Part shown: in pieces, positions 41,301-56,800 of the stretch
Layout: each line of letters begins with the position of its first letter
How positions within the stretch are numbered: position 1 is the first letter of the stretch
Source: Lama guanicoe
Lineage: Eukaryota
DNA length: 64,000 bases
Direction of reading: 5' to 3'
NCBI GenBank assembly: GCA_013239625.1
Contig: MU054132.1
Location: forward strand, 186,001 to 250,000
Position numbers and translations under genes: made by a program
The notes under the pieces: generated by a model
Database searches by the model: none
What the model saw: the letters and a program-made list of their open reading frames with translations, nothing else
What the model was told of the DNA's origin: nothing

Positions 41301-43938
41301 AACATGGATGGACCTGGAGATTGTCATTCTATGTGAAGTAAGCCAGAAAGAGAAAGAAAAATACCATATGATATCACTTACGTGTGGAATCTAAAAAAAA
41401 GACAACTGAAATTATTTACAAAACAGAAACAGACTTATAGACATAGAAAACAAACTTATGGTTACCAGGGGGAAAGGGGCTGGGAAGGGATAGAATGGGA
41501 GTTTGAGATTTGCAGATACTTACAATTATATATAAAATAGATGAACAACAAGTTCATACTGTATAGCACAGGGAACTATAGTCAATATCTTGTAGTGACT
41601 TATAATGAAAAAGAATATGAAAATGAATATATATATGTTCATGTATGACAGAAGCAGTATGCTGTACACTAGAAACTGACACACAGTAAATTGACTATAC
41701 TTCAATAAAAAAAAATACAAAAAAAGACACATCAAAGCCATAATAACAAAAACAGTGTGTTATTAACAAGGATTGACAAATAGACCCTCCCCCCAGAAAA
41801 CTTCTGCTTCTACAGACCCCAAAACACTCTCTCTGTGACCTTCTTCAGAACATACCCTCCCAGGAACTGAGGTTCTCCTGAAGCAATGGCTCACCCAACC
41901 CACCTGGTTTGGTGTTGTCTCCTTTGTAACCTGGAGGAGAAAAAGGGGACAGAGATGAAGAGGTCATAACAAGATGACAATGAAGAGGTGTGTCTTTTCA
42001 CTAATATGTTAATTCATTCATTCACCAAATATTTTCTAATCTCCCACTCTATTTCCAGCCTGGAGCCCAAGGCTGGGGGTAGAGGAGGACAGAAATGTAT
42101 CAGACAGATACATCCTGTATTTGCCCTTGAGAATCACATTGTCCAACAGGGGAGACATAAGTAAACACACAATCACCTGGGTGAGATCAATGTAGGGACC
42201 AGGCCACAGGTGTCAGGTAAGTCCAGAAGTGGTAGACAGAGAGGCTTCTGGGAAGAGGGGTTACTGTGCCAGGTCTTAAATATGACAAGGTAAAACAGAA
42301 ATGAAAAGTGACAGTGACATTCTTTATGATACAAACACCATGGTGTAGGTGGGAGACTCCAGAGGATAAAGGGCAAGACCTGTGATGGCAAGAAATGATG
42401 TCAGGGTTAGAAGGCAGCCTCATAAGCCAGGCCAAGCTGCCTGGGTGAGACACTCTGGGAGGAAGGAGGCCAATGGAGGTGTGCAATGGTCAGGCTTGTA
42501 TTGTGAAGGCAGTATGGAAAATACGTAGGGAGGTAGCAAGACTGAAAGCAGTAAGCCCACCAGAGGCTCTGCAGACCCCAGGCAGGAAATGAGGAGGTCT
42601 GAATAAGGAAGCAGCAGTGAGAAGAGACATGGTGAGCTGGATGTAGGACTTAGGGAAATGGCTGAGTCCAGGATGACCCTCAAGTTTCTGATTTTAGAGA
42701 AGCTGACCACTATTGGCTGAGTTAGAGGACAGAGTAAGAGAACCCAGTTTGTAGGAAGAAGAGAGCCTCAACTTTCAAACCCAAGATGCTGAGACAGTTC
42801 TAGGTCATTCAGATGTCCAGTAGGCGGCTGCATATCAGACACGTTGCTTTGGGAGACAGCATCACATAAATGGCAGCTCAATGCCCACAGCAAGTAAGTT
42901 CACCCAGGGAGCAGTGAAGACAGAACCAAGACAGCACCTTAAGGAACATCAGTATGTCAGAGACAAACAGAGCACGGGTGGGTAAGGGCACAGACCTGCC
43001 AGGAATGGGCTAAGGATTAAGTGAGAAGTGAAGAAGCTCTGGAAGGAAACATGAAGTGAAGGCTTACTTTGAGATATCTCAAAATAGTGAGGCAGCAAGG
43101 GGAAGAGACAGACTGAAGAAACAAACCAGACATAAAGAGAGAGGATAAAGAACTATGAGAGAGGAGGACGGAAGGAGCAGCACAGGGAAGGCCCAGAGTC
43201 CAGAGCAGGGCTGACCTTGAACTGGAGGCCTGTCTCTGATTCCGACAGAAAGTGGGGAGGGTGGCGATGAATAGTGAGGTTCAGAGGCGCCTCTGGGGGC
43301 TGGAGGGAGTCAACGGAGACAGCACCTGATGGCCTGGGTTTCCTGAGGGAAGGAAGGAGCTGCTCGTGAGGCACACTGGGTAGGAACGGGCAGTCTGGGA
43401 AGACGGTGAATTTAAGACTATTCGTTTAAGTGGATGGAGTCCACGAATTTGGCCCGGACCGCCTAACCGAGCAGGGTCTCCAGCGGTGCCCAGCTACGTG
43501 GGAAGATCAGAGAGCCTGGGGTGGAGGGGTAGAGAGTGAGAGGCCTGAGGACGCTTAAGAGGATGGTTCAGGTCTCAGCCGTGAGGTTCATACGTTCACA
43601 CCTCCGGGAGGAAACGCTGGGGTCCCCCCACCACCACCGCTGGCTCCCAGGAGACTGCAGGGCTGGCGGCCTTGAGGAAGGAGACGGCGGGTGGAGAAGG
43701 TGGGAGTTCGGGACCCCTGGAACCGCCCTGGGAGATGCCGGGAGGGGCAGTGGAGGAGAAATGGCTGCGGATGCGCGCCGCGGGGCCTGTCCAGGCCTCG
43801 AAGAACCCGGAGCGGAGCAGACGTCGCCTCACCTGAGATCAGCAGCAGCAGCTGCGGCAGGAGCAGGAGGCGGCAGCTCGGGCCCGAGGGCCTCGAGGCT
43901 GCAGGCGCCACGCTGACGCGGGACAGCGAGGCGGCCAT
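35374..43938 (-). CDS. PRSS45: PRSS45 (serine protease 45, TESSP5), 6 coding exons, intact 317-aa ORF
   Basis: Exons 43938-43833, 41930-41904, 37885-37738, 37250-36976, 36098-35935, 35607-35374 (954 nt; phases 1,1,2,1,0). [48 protein letters not shown] and [15 protein letters not shown] match PRSS45. Confidence 0.93.
39495..41722 (+). mobile_element. 5'-truncated camelid L1 (ORF2 C-terminus and 3' UTR) in PRSS45 intron 2
   Basis: ORFs 39497-39883, 39844-40101 and 40951-41394 translate as L1 ORF2 ([31 protein letters not shown]); A-rich tail; flanked by aagatacat / aagacacat. Confidence 0.92.
40075..40587 (+). mobile_element. Younger L1 3' end nested inside the L1 above
   Basis: Interrupts host ORF2; TSD aaaaataaacaaat(g/a)g at about 40059-40074 and 40588-40603. 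Confidence 0.85.
41904..41930 (-). CDS. PRSS45: 27-nt micro-exon 2 of PRSS45 (GYKGDNTKP)
   Basis: Long polypyrimidine tract, ccag|GT TAC AAA GGA GAC AAC ACC AAA CCA G|gtgggt, symmetric phase 1; resembles the recalled mouse segment GYNEDHAEP. Confidence 0.75.
42000..43000 (+). mobile_element. L2 LINE fragments
   Basis: attcattcattcaccaaatattt followed by purine-rich L2-like sequence (caggatgaccctcaagtttctg, agatgtccagtaggc). Confidence 0.5.
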
Positions 43939-44230
43939 GAGGCTCGGACGTGCCCCCTGGCAGCGAAGAGGACAGCTCGCACGAGCCCCGGATGCCGCCG
44001 CGACGGCGTCTCCCGCGCCTGACGGCACTTCCCGCCGCAGACGGAGCCTCGGGCACGTGACGGCCCCTCCGCACGTGATGACGTCGCAGACGTGCGACGG
44101 CGCCCCGGCATCGTGAACGCTCCGCCGCGCGTACCTCCACCTCGTGCCGGTGCCTTAAAGATGCCTGGAGAGCTGCGGCTCTGTCGCTGCCTCCGCGCCT
44201 GTCGCTGCCTCCGCGCTGGCCAGTCCCATG
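43450..44230. promoter_or_regulatory. CpG-island promoter of PRSS45 with E-box, CRE-like and TCCCGC motifs
   Basis: CpG-dense; CACGTG at 44054 and 44072, TGACGTC at 44079, TCCCGC at 44011 and 44030. Confidence 0.75.
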
Positions 44231-44869
44231 AAAGCACCCCGAATTGCCTTCAGTTGGTGACTGTGTCTCAAAACCTGGCCAGCGTAGGCACATACAAATC
44301 CCAAGACTGGTGTTGGCATCTTGTCGCCCACCTTCTGACCACAAACTTGTTTACCTGGGCTTCGTGCATTGGAGGGTGTCACAATTTATATTGATTAGAA
44401 AATCTGAAAAGAGGTAGAAAGCACAAGAAGAGAACAGTAAGGCTATGCAATCAAGGAAGATGTCTTTGTGAAAGTGGCATCTGAGCTGGACCTAAGACTT
44501 GAACAAGGAGTCCTGGCGTAGTCCTGAGAAAGAAAAGGCATTTCTCCTCTTCCATGGACCACCAGTAGGATGTTGGAAACTGAAAGAGGTGGTGGTGGAT
44601 GCCAGGCCTTGGGCTTTCAGGGTGTTTCTGTAGAAGGATGCAGTCTTTGGACCTGTTTGGTGTGTCCCAGATTAGTTGATAACAACCAAGATTACTGCTT
44701 CTTCTGTCTAGTGTGGGGGAATCCAGCTCTGGGGACCACATTCCTCACCGTAGCATCTAAAGAGGTCCAGGTGAAGCGTTCCACCAATAGGTGAGTAGAA
44801 GTGACATGTGCCACTTCCATGCCAAGGAAGTCAAGAGGAGGTTGCCTTCTTTACTTGTGTTAATGCAGA

Positions 44870-45055
44870 GGAATGGTTCTCAACGTGTGGTCCCCAGAGC
44901 AGCAGCAGGATAACCTGGGAACTTGTTAGAGATGTACATTCTCAGGACCCACCCCAAACCTGCAGGATTGAACACTCTGGGAGTGCGGTCAGCAATCTGT
45001 ATTTTAATAAGCCCTCCAGGGAATTCTGAGATTCTTATTCTAAAGCATGAACCAC
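44870..45055 (+). mobile_element. MER5A-like hAT-Charlie element
   Basis: tggttctcaacgtgtggtcccc...cagcag...acctgggaacttgttagagatg...aatctgtattttaataagccctccagg; related partial copies at about 49390-49510 and 56670-56790. Confidence 0.7.
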
Positions 45056-45420
45056 AGGGCTGAGTGGAGCTTTAAGATGGAGAAACGCCACCTGCTGACC
45101 AAGAACACCTGTTTGGAATGTTATAGAAACAAGAAGTTAAATTTATTTTTTTAACTCGTGAATATTCAGTGGCTTCTAAAAGCAGCTGATTCAATACTTA
45201 TTAACAGACTAGATCTGATGCAAGTTCCTAGTCTCTCAACCCCAGCCTTCCTTAGACAACACATACGACAAAACCTACACTTGAAGCCCAGGGATATCTG
45301 GGAGCTGAAACATTAACCTCTGGAAGGGCAGGTGACAGGAGATGGAGAGGAAGTTAATTAGCAGCAAGACACAGAGACTCTGAGACACTGTCCTACAATG
45401 AGGGTAAAGAACCAGTACCT

Positions 45421-45527
45421 TGAGGAGTGGGGTAAAGTGCAGTGGTAGAGTGTGCGCTTAGCATGCATGAGGTCATAAACGTGTGCTTAGCATGCACCAT
45501 TAAAATATTTTAATTAAATTTTAAAAG
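45421..45527 (+). mobile_element. Degenerate tRNA-derived SINE (Vic-1-like)
   Basis: cagtggtagagtgtgcgcttagcatgcatgaggtc head, AT-rich tail, TSD gaaccagtacct at 45409-45420 and 45528-45539. Confidence 0.75.
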
Positions 45528-45973
45528 GAACCAGTACCTAATATAGTGAATCTCTCTTATACTCCTCTCTGTGGGAATACAGATCTTTGGTAACAAAGTG
45601 GAGGTGAGCAGCAAGTAGAAGCAATGGAAGAGGAAGAATATTGCTTATGTCCAAAATATATGTATTCTCAATTTGAGTCTATCTCCATCTTCTAATCTGA
45701 GTTACGAAGGCTATGAAATTAGGCTACAAAGCTCCCTGCAGACACGCTGATGACTATAACAGGAGTACAGGGAGCAAAACCCAGCTGAATAATACCATCC
45801 TTAGGACTCACACATGAGCAGGTGGGGACTCACCTCTCCCTCTTGGGCTTAATATAAACCATGCATAGTTTCTTAGTCAAATGGGAAAAAACTAGTTCTC
45901 TAGAGTATATTATACACAACCCACAACCTCCAGGAAAACAAAGATCAGAACACAAAACAACAAATTCCAAACA

Positions 45974-45979
45974 TTTATT
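45974..45979 (-). terminator. Poly(A) signal AATAAA of paralog A
   Basis: tttatt on +, conserved at the homologous position in B (53245) and C (63103). Confidence 0.75.
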
Positions 45980-46577
45980 CCATGGATATCAGAAATATCA
46001 ATACTCCATAATCACCTCACACAACTTAGGGTGGGCCTGGGTGTGGCCACTGGAGCCCTGGGGGTGGAGTTTCCAAGACTGGGTAGCACCTGGAAGGCTT
46101 GTGTGCCAGAAGCTGGCCACTGACAGATGGATCCACGCTGGTGAACACAGGACCTTGTCCCAGTGCCAGAGAACTGAGTCAGATGTGGACATGGTGATGC
46201 CACCACAGTGCCTTCAAAAAATCACCAAGATGCTGGGTTTGAGAAAGTGTCCAGTCTAGTGCTGTTTCACCATTGATGCTGTCTCTTCTTTGCTAGATGT
46301 TCCAATAGATGTTGAGGACCAATCATGCTCCACCTGGTAGGTCGACTGCCCATCTTGCAGGGATGGTTTCACTGCCTCTTCCTGGCAGGCAGAGCACAGC
46401 CAAGGTGTAGGTGTGGATGAGGCAGTGAAAGGGGCACCAGGCTGGAGAACTTCTCTGCTACCTCTCTTGCTGCAACTCTTTTGTCAGGTGGATCTCCACT
46501 GGGTCAGTGAATCCAACAAATTTAAGGAAAGGGCACTGAGTAGTTGTGGGAGATCAGAAGCAGGGCTACTGAGAGAC

Positions 46578-50410
<3,833 letters not shown>

Positions 50411-50699
50411 GGGACCCTCTGGCCGCTTCCGCTCCCTGTGGCGCCCCCTGGCGGCCGCTCGGCGCCTGCCTCCTGTTGGCGGGAGCCCGGGGCCCAAGGC
50501 AGAACCGGAAAGCTCCTCCTCCAGGATCTTCACCTGCTGCAGATTCAACCAAAACCTATTCTTGGTTGTGCTCTTAAGACCCTTGAACATGAAATTAATT
50601 TCTCCACTTTGAAGTACAGATATTCCGGATTAGATACTTCAGCGCGATCTTTAAAAAATGAAAAAAATAAAAAAGAGAGAGAGAGTGAAGGAAAATGCA

Positions 50700-52700
50700 A
50701 CATGCACAATGCCCAATGAAAAAGAAAAAGGAAAACAGAAGTATGGGAAATAGAAAACATAGAATAAAACGGAAGTTTAGTGTTCGACTATAGCAGTGTC
50801 TATAATGAGCATAACTGGGGGAAACACACCAGAAAAAACAAGAACTTTGAGATTGGAGGGAAAGTGAGCTCCAGAAGTAGACTCTCTGAGAAGACAAATT
50901 TACAAGAAAGAGCTACAGATACACATGTCGGATAAAAGGGACAGAAAGCAAAAAGCTAGGCCGATCTGGAGCAAACCAAAACTGCGATAGCAATTTGGTT
51001 ATCAGATCATAACATTTAAGGCAAAGATTGTATCTAGGACAGAGGGAGTCCCATACAGTAAGAACAGGACACCAGTGAGAAGATGCATGACAAGCCTTTA
51101 ACAGGTAGAGCAAAGGTGACCAACTTACGGGACACTGACGCTTTGATACACTTCTCTGGGGAAGCTGATCGCTTACATAGCCAAAAGTAAGCATTAATAT
51201 AGAATATTCGACTCTCAAAATTCATCATCTTGACTTAGTAGCCATATGATCAGTTTTACAACTATCAACAGAGAACACTCATTCTGAATAAACACATAGG
51301 ACGTATTCAGAATCAAGGCCACAACGGAAGACTAGTTATCTCAAGGAATCCGTGTGATACACATTCTCTTCATGAGCCACGCATCATCAATATGAAAATC
51401 AAGTTTTAAAAATCTCATATTTCTGAAACAAACTCAAAACCATACCCAATGGCCCTCCTTTAAAAAGGAAATCAGGAAGGAAACATGACTCTATAGAGAG
51501 ATCATTGCCAACAAAAGCACTACCTGCGCAACCCTACGTGAAAGTAATTGATAGCTTTCACTATATCAGAAAATAAAGAAAACTGATAACAAATGAGCTA
51601 AAAATTCAGGTAAATGGGGACAAGATCAATGAAATGATCTCAAAGAAAGGGTTTGGAAGAAGGGAGGAAGTCATGGAAAACAGAAGCAGAAATCAATCAA
51701 TCAACAAAAGTCAGTGAGAGGACTGACACAGTCAGGACTCTGAGCTTTGAAAAGCTTAGTAAGAGACAACATTCTAGTAAGACTGAATGAAACACTACAA
51801 GCGAAAAACCAAATCACAGAATAAAAAGGAAAAGCAACGTAGACATATGACTGACTTTTTTTAATTATTAGAGAACATTATTAAATGAATATGCTGCCTT
51901 CTCCTAAAGCTAAGATACATTAATAGGCATTATCCTTCCCACCATTTCAAACCAAAAATGACAAAAATATGAAACAACAGTTTTCAAGACACTGGACATC
52001 AGGCCACAAGGAGCAAGACTGCTGATGGATGGGGTGAGCCCTACTATTGCCTCTGCTTACTGCCTGCAGAGAGGTTCCAGGCCACAGTGCAGAGACGGAG
52101 CCTGGGCAGAACCCAGCAGGCTCCCAAGGGGAGCAGGTGAAGCTGAGGCAGGGTACACGCCAAAGTACCTCTGCAGACAGAACACAGGACAGAGGGAGTT
52201 ACGCACAGAGAGACAGCCTCAGAGATCAGGGGAGGCACCCCCTTCAGTGCTGACCTGAGCACTGGTCAGTGCATGAATGTGAAGAAGCTCCCTGAAGCCA
52301 GAAAAATAACCTCCTCAAAGGATTCGAGTAACAATGCCTGGTGCTCACCCGTGACCAGGAACAGTGCCTGTTCCCGTCAGCCAGACTGGAAACCTCCAGA
52401 TGCCCAGAATACTCTGTAGCCTGTACAGGAAGGTCTTGCCTTAGCAACAGCGAGTAATCATCCCTAGGCTGAGTCTCAATCCAACCCTTCCAAAAAAATA
52501 TAAAAAAAGATCAGAATATATCAGTTTCCTAGTAATTTAACTGCATCCCAAAATAAAGCCCAAGACTATTTCTAGGAAAATATCAAGCACCAGGTAAAGG
52601 TCACAATGCCTGGTACCTAATCAAACAATACTCACCATTCAAGGAGCATGACAATACAACCCATAAGAGGAACACTCAATCAATCAACATCAACCCAGAA
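50700..52700 (+). mobile_element. Old L1 fragments in the A-B spacer (duplicated at 57960-60140)
   Basis: Degenerate L1 sequence collinear with the B-C spacer. Confidence 0.6.
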
Positions 52701-52773
52701 CCGAGAGAAAGATCAGCAGCCAGTCCAGGTGACTATGGAACATTAGGTGTGCTGACTGGGACAAAGACGCTGT

Positions 52774-52793
52774 ACACACACACACACACACAC
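52774..52793 (+). repeat. (CA)n microsatellite, paralogous to 62627-62652
   Basis: Seen directly. Confidence 0.9.
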
Positions 52794-53244
52794 AGAGCCA
52801 GGCCCTCCCTACACCCTCCCCCCCTTGTGGAAACTCAGCTCTTTGGGCTCAAGGGGTCTTGACTTCAGTCCCACGGGGTCTCCACCAGGCATGCCTGTCA
52901 CGGGGCAGCACAGAGAGGTACAGGACGGTGAGGGGGCCACACCCCAGGCTCTGCCCTCTTGCTCCTGGTCTCCTGATTACAGAGGCTGCCAAACTCAACT
53001 CCATCAGCCCCACTACAGAGACGCTGATGCCTAAACAGAGCACAGGCCGCAGGACCCACCCCCTAACACACACATCAGACTTCCGTCCTGGGACACAGGC
53101 TTCCCATCTTTAAACTTCTAGAGCTTCATGGATGCCAGAAAAGCTCCCTCAGCTAAAGGAGAAACTAGTTCTCTACAGTATGTTATGTGCAAACCCCAAA
53201 CTTCAGGAGACCTGAGCTTCAGAACACACGAGAAACTCCAAGCA

Positions 53245-53250
53245 TTTATT
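53245..53250 (-). terminator. Poly(A) signal AATAAA of paralog B
   Basis: tttatt on +, about 630 nt past the stop codon. Confidence 0.75.
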
Positions 53251-53880
53251 CAGTTGACATCCGAAATCTCCGCACTCCTTAATGCCTCAACACAACCAGT
53301 GGTAAGCCTGGGTGTGGCCACTGGACCCCTGGTTGGGGGTGGTTTTAAGACCGAGTTGCCCCTGGAAGGCTTGTGTGGCAGAAACTGGCCACTCACAGAT
53401 GGATCCATGCTGGGGAACACAGGACCTTCTTCCAGCTCCAGAGAACTGAGTCAGATGTGGACATGGTGATGCCTCCTCAGTCTGATCAAAAAAATCATCG
53501 AGATGACTGGTTTGAGAAAGTGTCAGGTCTAATGCTGTTTCACCGTTGATGCTGTCTCTTCTTTGCTAGATGTTCCCCTAGATGTTGAGGACCAATCGTG
53601 CTCCACCTGGCAGGTCACCTGGCCATCTAATTAGGATGGTGTCACTGCCTCCTTCCTGGCAGGCAGAGCACAGCCAAGCTGCAGGCGTGGACGAGGCAGG
53701 TCTGGGAGCTCCAGGCCGGGACAATGTCGGGGCTCCAGACTTGCTGCCAGTCTCTGTCGTGTGTATCTCCACAGGGTCAGTGGATCCCAAACAGAATCAA
53801 GGAAGGGCATTGAGTAGTGTGGAGGTCAGAGGCAGGGCTAGTGTGAGACTCAGAACTAGGAGGGCCCTGGGCCAGGGTGA

Positions 53881-56800
53881 TCATGGGGTCACCAGGATGC
53901 CCAGGGGCAGCACCAGACACAGAGGTGGGATAAAGACACCTGCTGCGCCACAGGAGGACACCTTAGTAACTTGATTAATGATCCAGTCCTTGTAGAACCT
54001 AACGTCTGTATAAACTGCAGGCACTTCTTTGATACCACAGCGAACAGCCCAGCTCACAATCCCCACCTGGACCCATGAGTCATTACACTGACAGACCAGG
54101 GGACCCCCAGAATCTCCCTGCAGAAAAAAAAAGAAACACAGGAATGGAAGGCAACCAACATCAGAACAGGCTGATTACAGCAAGGCACTTGGGAAACAGT
54201 CACCCAGGTCCTTCTCCAGGTACCCACCAAGCCCAGGTTTCTGTGAATGAGATTGGAGAGTTGAAAACTTTAACATCATCTGAGAAATACCACTCTTTCC
54301 AGGTGTTCCGAGATGCACAGGAGCAATTAAACCAGCAGGCCCTGGTACATCAGCATTGTGGCTAATATACTCACACTGTCATCCAGTGCCCCCTAGGCTT
54401 CCACTGCCCTGACCCCTTCCCCAGGATCCTCTCCAAACATCCCACCACCTGGAAACTAACCTCCAACCCCAACCACTCAGTCAGAAACTCAACAGTCCTC
54501 AGCTCTCCCTCATCCCCTCCCTCACCTGCAGTCAGTCACCAACACCTGACGACTCCGCCTCAAACACAACCCCTTCACCAGCCCCTCTACCTCAGGTCCT
54601 GCCTGGGATCAACACCATTGCCTACATGTTGAAAACAAACTTCTGGCCTCCAGTCCTGCATGGACAGCACCTGGAAACACAGCACAGCATTCCAGGCCAC
54701 GCATATTCTGACTCCAATCCCCTTCTCTGGCATATCTGCCCCCTCATTGCTCCAGACCCTTAACATGTCCCTAAACATGACAAGTTCCCTCCAACCTCTG
54801 AGCTGCTGTACTTGCTGTTCCCCCTCCCAACTGTGTTATTCTCTCTCTCTGCAGAATCCAAATCCTCTAAGACTGAGCTTAAACACTCCCTGCTCAGAAA
54901 GGCAGCTTGGTGCAGAGGGGAGACTGTGGGCCCAGTTGTCCTAAATCCACTCACAGGAGGACCTGGAATTACCGTCTCTGGAGGGACCACATCGGGATGA
55001 TAACATGTATGATGTGTATGTTGCAGGGTTGTGACATGATTAACTGAGCTAATGTGGGTGAATTCTCACACTGGCACAGTAAGTGCCGCAAAGAAGGAAC
55101 TCCTACTTACATTATTATCATTATCATCCTCAATCCCACCCACCCTGGCAGCACCCCCAGGATGTGAGGGCTGCTCCCTTTTGGAGGTACAGGCCAGGTC
55201 AGCTCAGGGGAGTGATGAGAAGTCTCTCCTGATCTCTCCTAATTAAAGGATGAAATGAGGAGGTAGCGAATAACCCAAGCCCTGCCCCTGGGAAAGAGGG
55301 AATTTTGAGGGGAGACATCAATGCAGATGCAGCAAGGGACCCACAGACTCACCCTGCAGGGACCTCCCCTCTCTTTGTTATGGCCACAGATCATTCCTTT
55401 TCGCACTAGTTGGTCAGACTTATTCGCTGCTTCCTGGGCCATCTCATTACATTTCTCCAGTTGAAGAATGGTTTGCTCAATCTCCTGAAGATCAGGTGGC
55501 CTTGATGATGGTACTGAAAGAGGCAATTCAAGAATAAGAGACCCTGCATGAGTGGAACAGGACGGGAGCCCCCAGAGAGCACAGTGCATCATGATCAGCG
55601 CAGTCACACCCTGATGCCTCCTGAGATGAAGGAAGGACAGTGGATATTGCCCCTATTAGCTCAGAAGGAAACAAGCCACATGTTGGCATGAGGAACCAAG
55701 GAGGTGAGAAGCAAAGCCAAGACAGGAGGAGGAACACTTCAGGACAGGAAGAGGCAAGGCCTTACCACCTGATACAAACCCAGGTGTCTGTCACTCTGAG
55801 TATCAATAGTAACAGTGACAGGGCCCTGCACGCAGCAGGTTCACAGACTCTAGGACAGCTAGTGACCAAAGCTGCCAAACCAGCCTCCCTCCACATAAGG
55901 GGCCTCACAGACACACCAACAGGGCTGCTCTGGCTACACCTACACCCCAGGCACAACAAGCTCCCTGCCCCCTGGCAGGTCATTCCAGAGAAGGACAGCT
56001 CTGAATGGGAGACCTGAAATCCACCCTGGAGAGAACCCACCCTACCTGGACCCAGGCCCCCAGGTCCTAACACAACTACAGAAACTGCTCATGCACTTCA
56101 GTCACAACCCACCAGCATTCCCTCTGCTTCCTCCCGCACCCGCCTGTTAGAGAATCAGCCTCGCTGACCCTCCCTTCAGTCTGCAACCCAACCCCTGGGC
56201 ACCAGGCTGCCCCCCACCCCAGATTCTGTCTGCCAATCTCACCGTTTTCAATTGTTCGCCCCCATCCAGTCACCCAGCACTGTGTCCCAGGTAGTACTTC
56301 AAAATCCTTTTCTGGGAGGCACACTGGCTGGATGGATGAGGAATAACTCACAGAGGAGTTCAACTTAATAACGGCAATATCGTGAATGTAAGCAGTCCGA
56401 TTATACCCACTATGGCGATAGATGTCTTTGGCTGTAACGACCACTGCATCTGGGGAATCTGCATGTAACCACGTACTTCCCAGCTTCACTTCGTATATCT
56501 CATAGCTGTGGGAAGAGGACAAGCCCCTCACAGAGATGCTGGAGAATCTGCACTCCCCTCCACCCCTTCCATGTTCCTCCCAGCGTCATCCCATCTCCTA
56601 CACCAGTCATAGGCCATTTTCTCACTCTAAATCACATCCCATCGATAAACCCCTAACCCCTCAAGGCAGTGATTCTCCACTGATATCCCAGAACCACCAC
56701 AGCAGCACCTGGGATCTTGGAAGAAACACAAAATTCATCTTTTACTTCTACTGAATACAAGCTAGGGGCTGTGATCTGATTTTAAATGAGGAAGAGAAAG

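Noticed and set aside
39497..41394. L1 ORF2 peptides as an active element
   Set aside because: 5'-truncated, frameshifted and interrupted by another L1.
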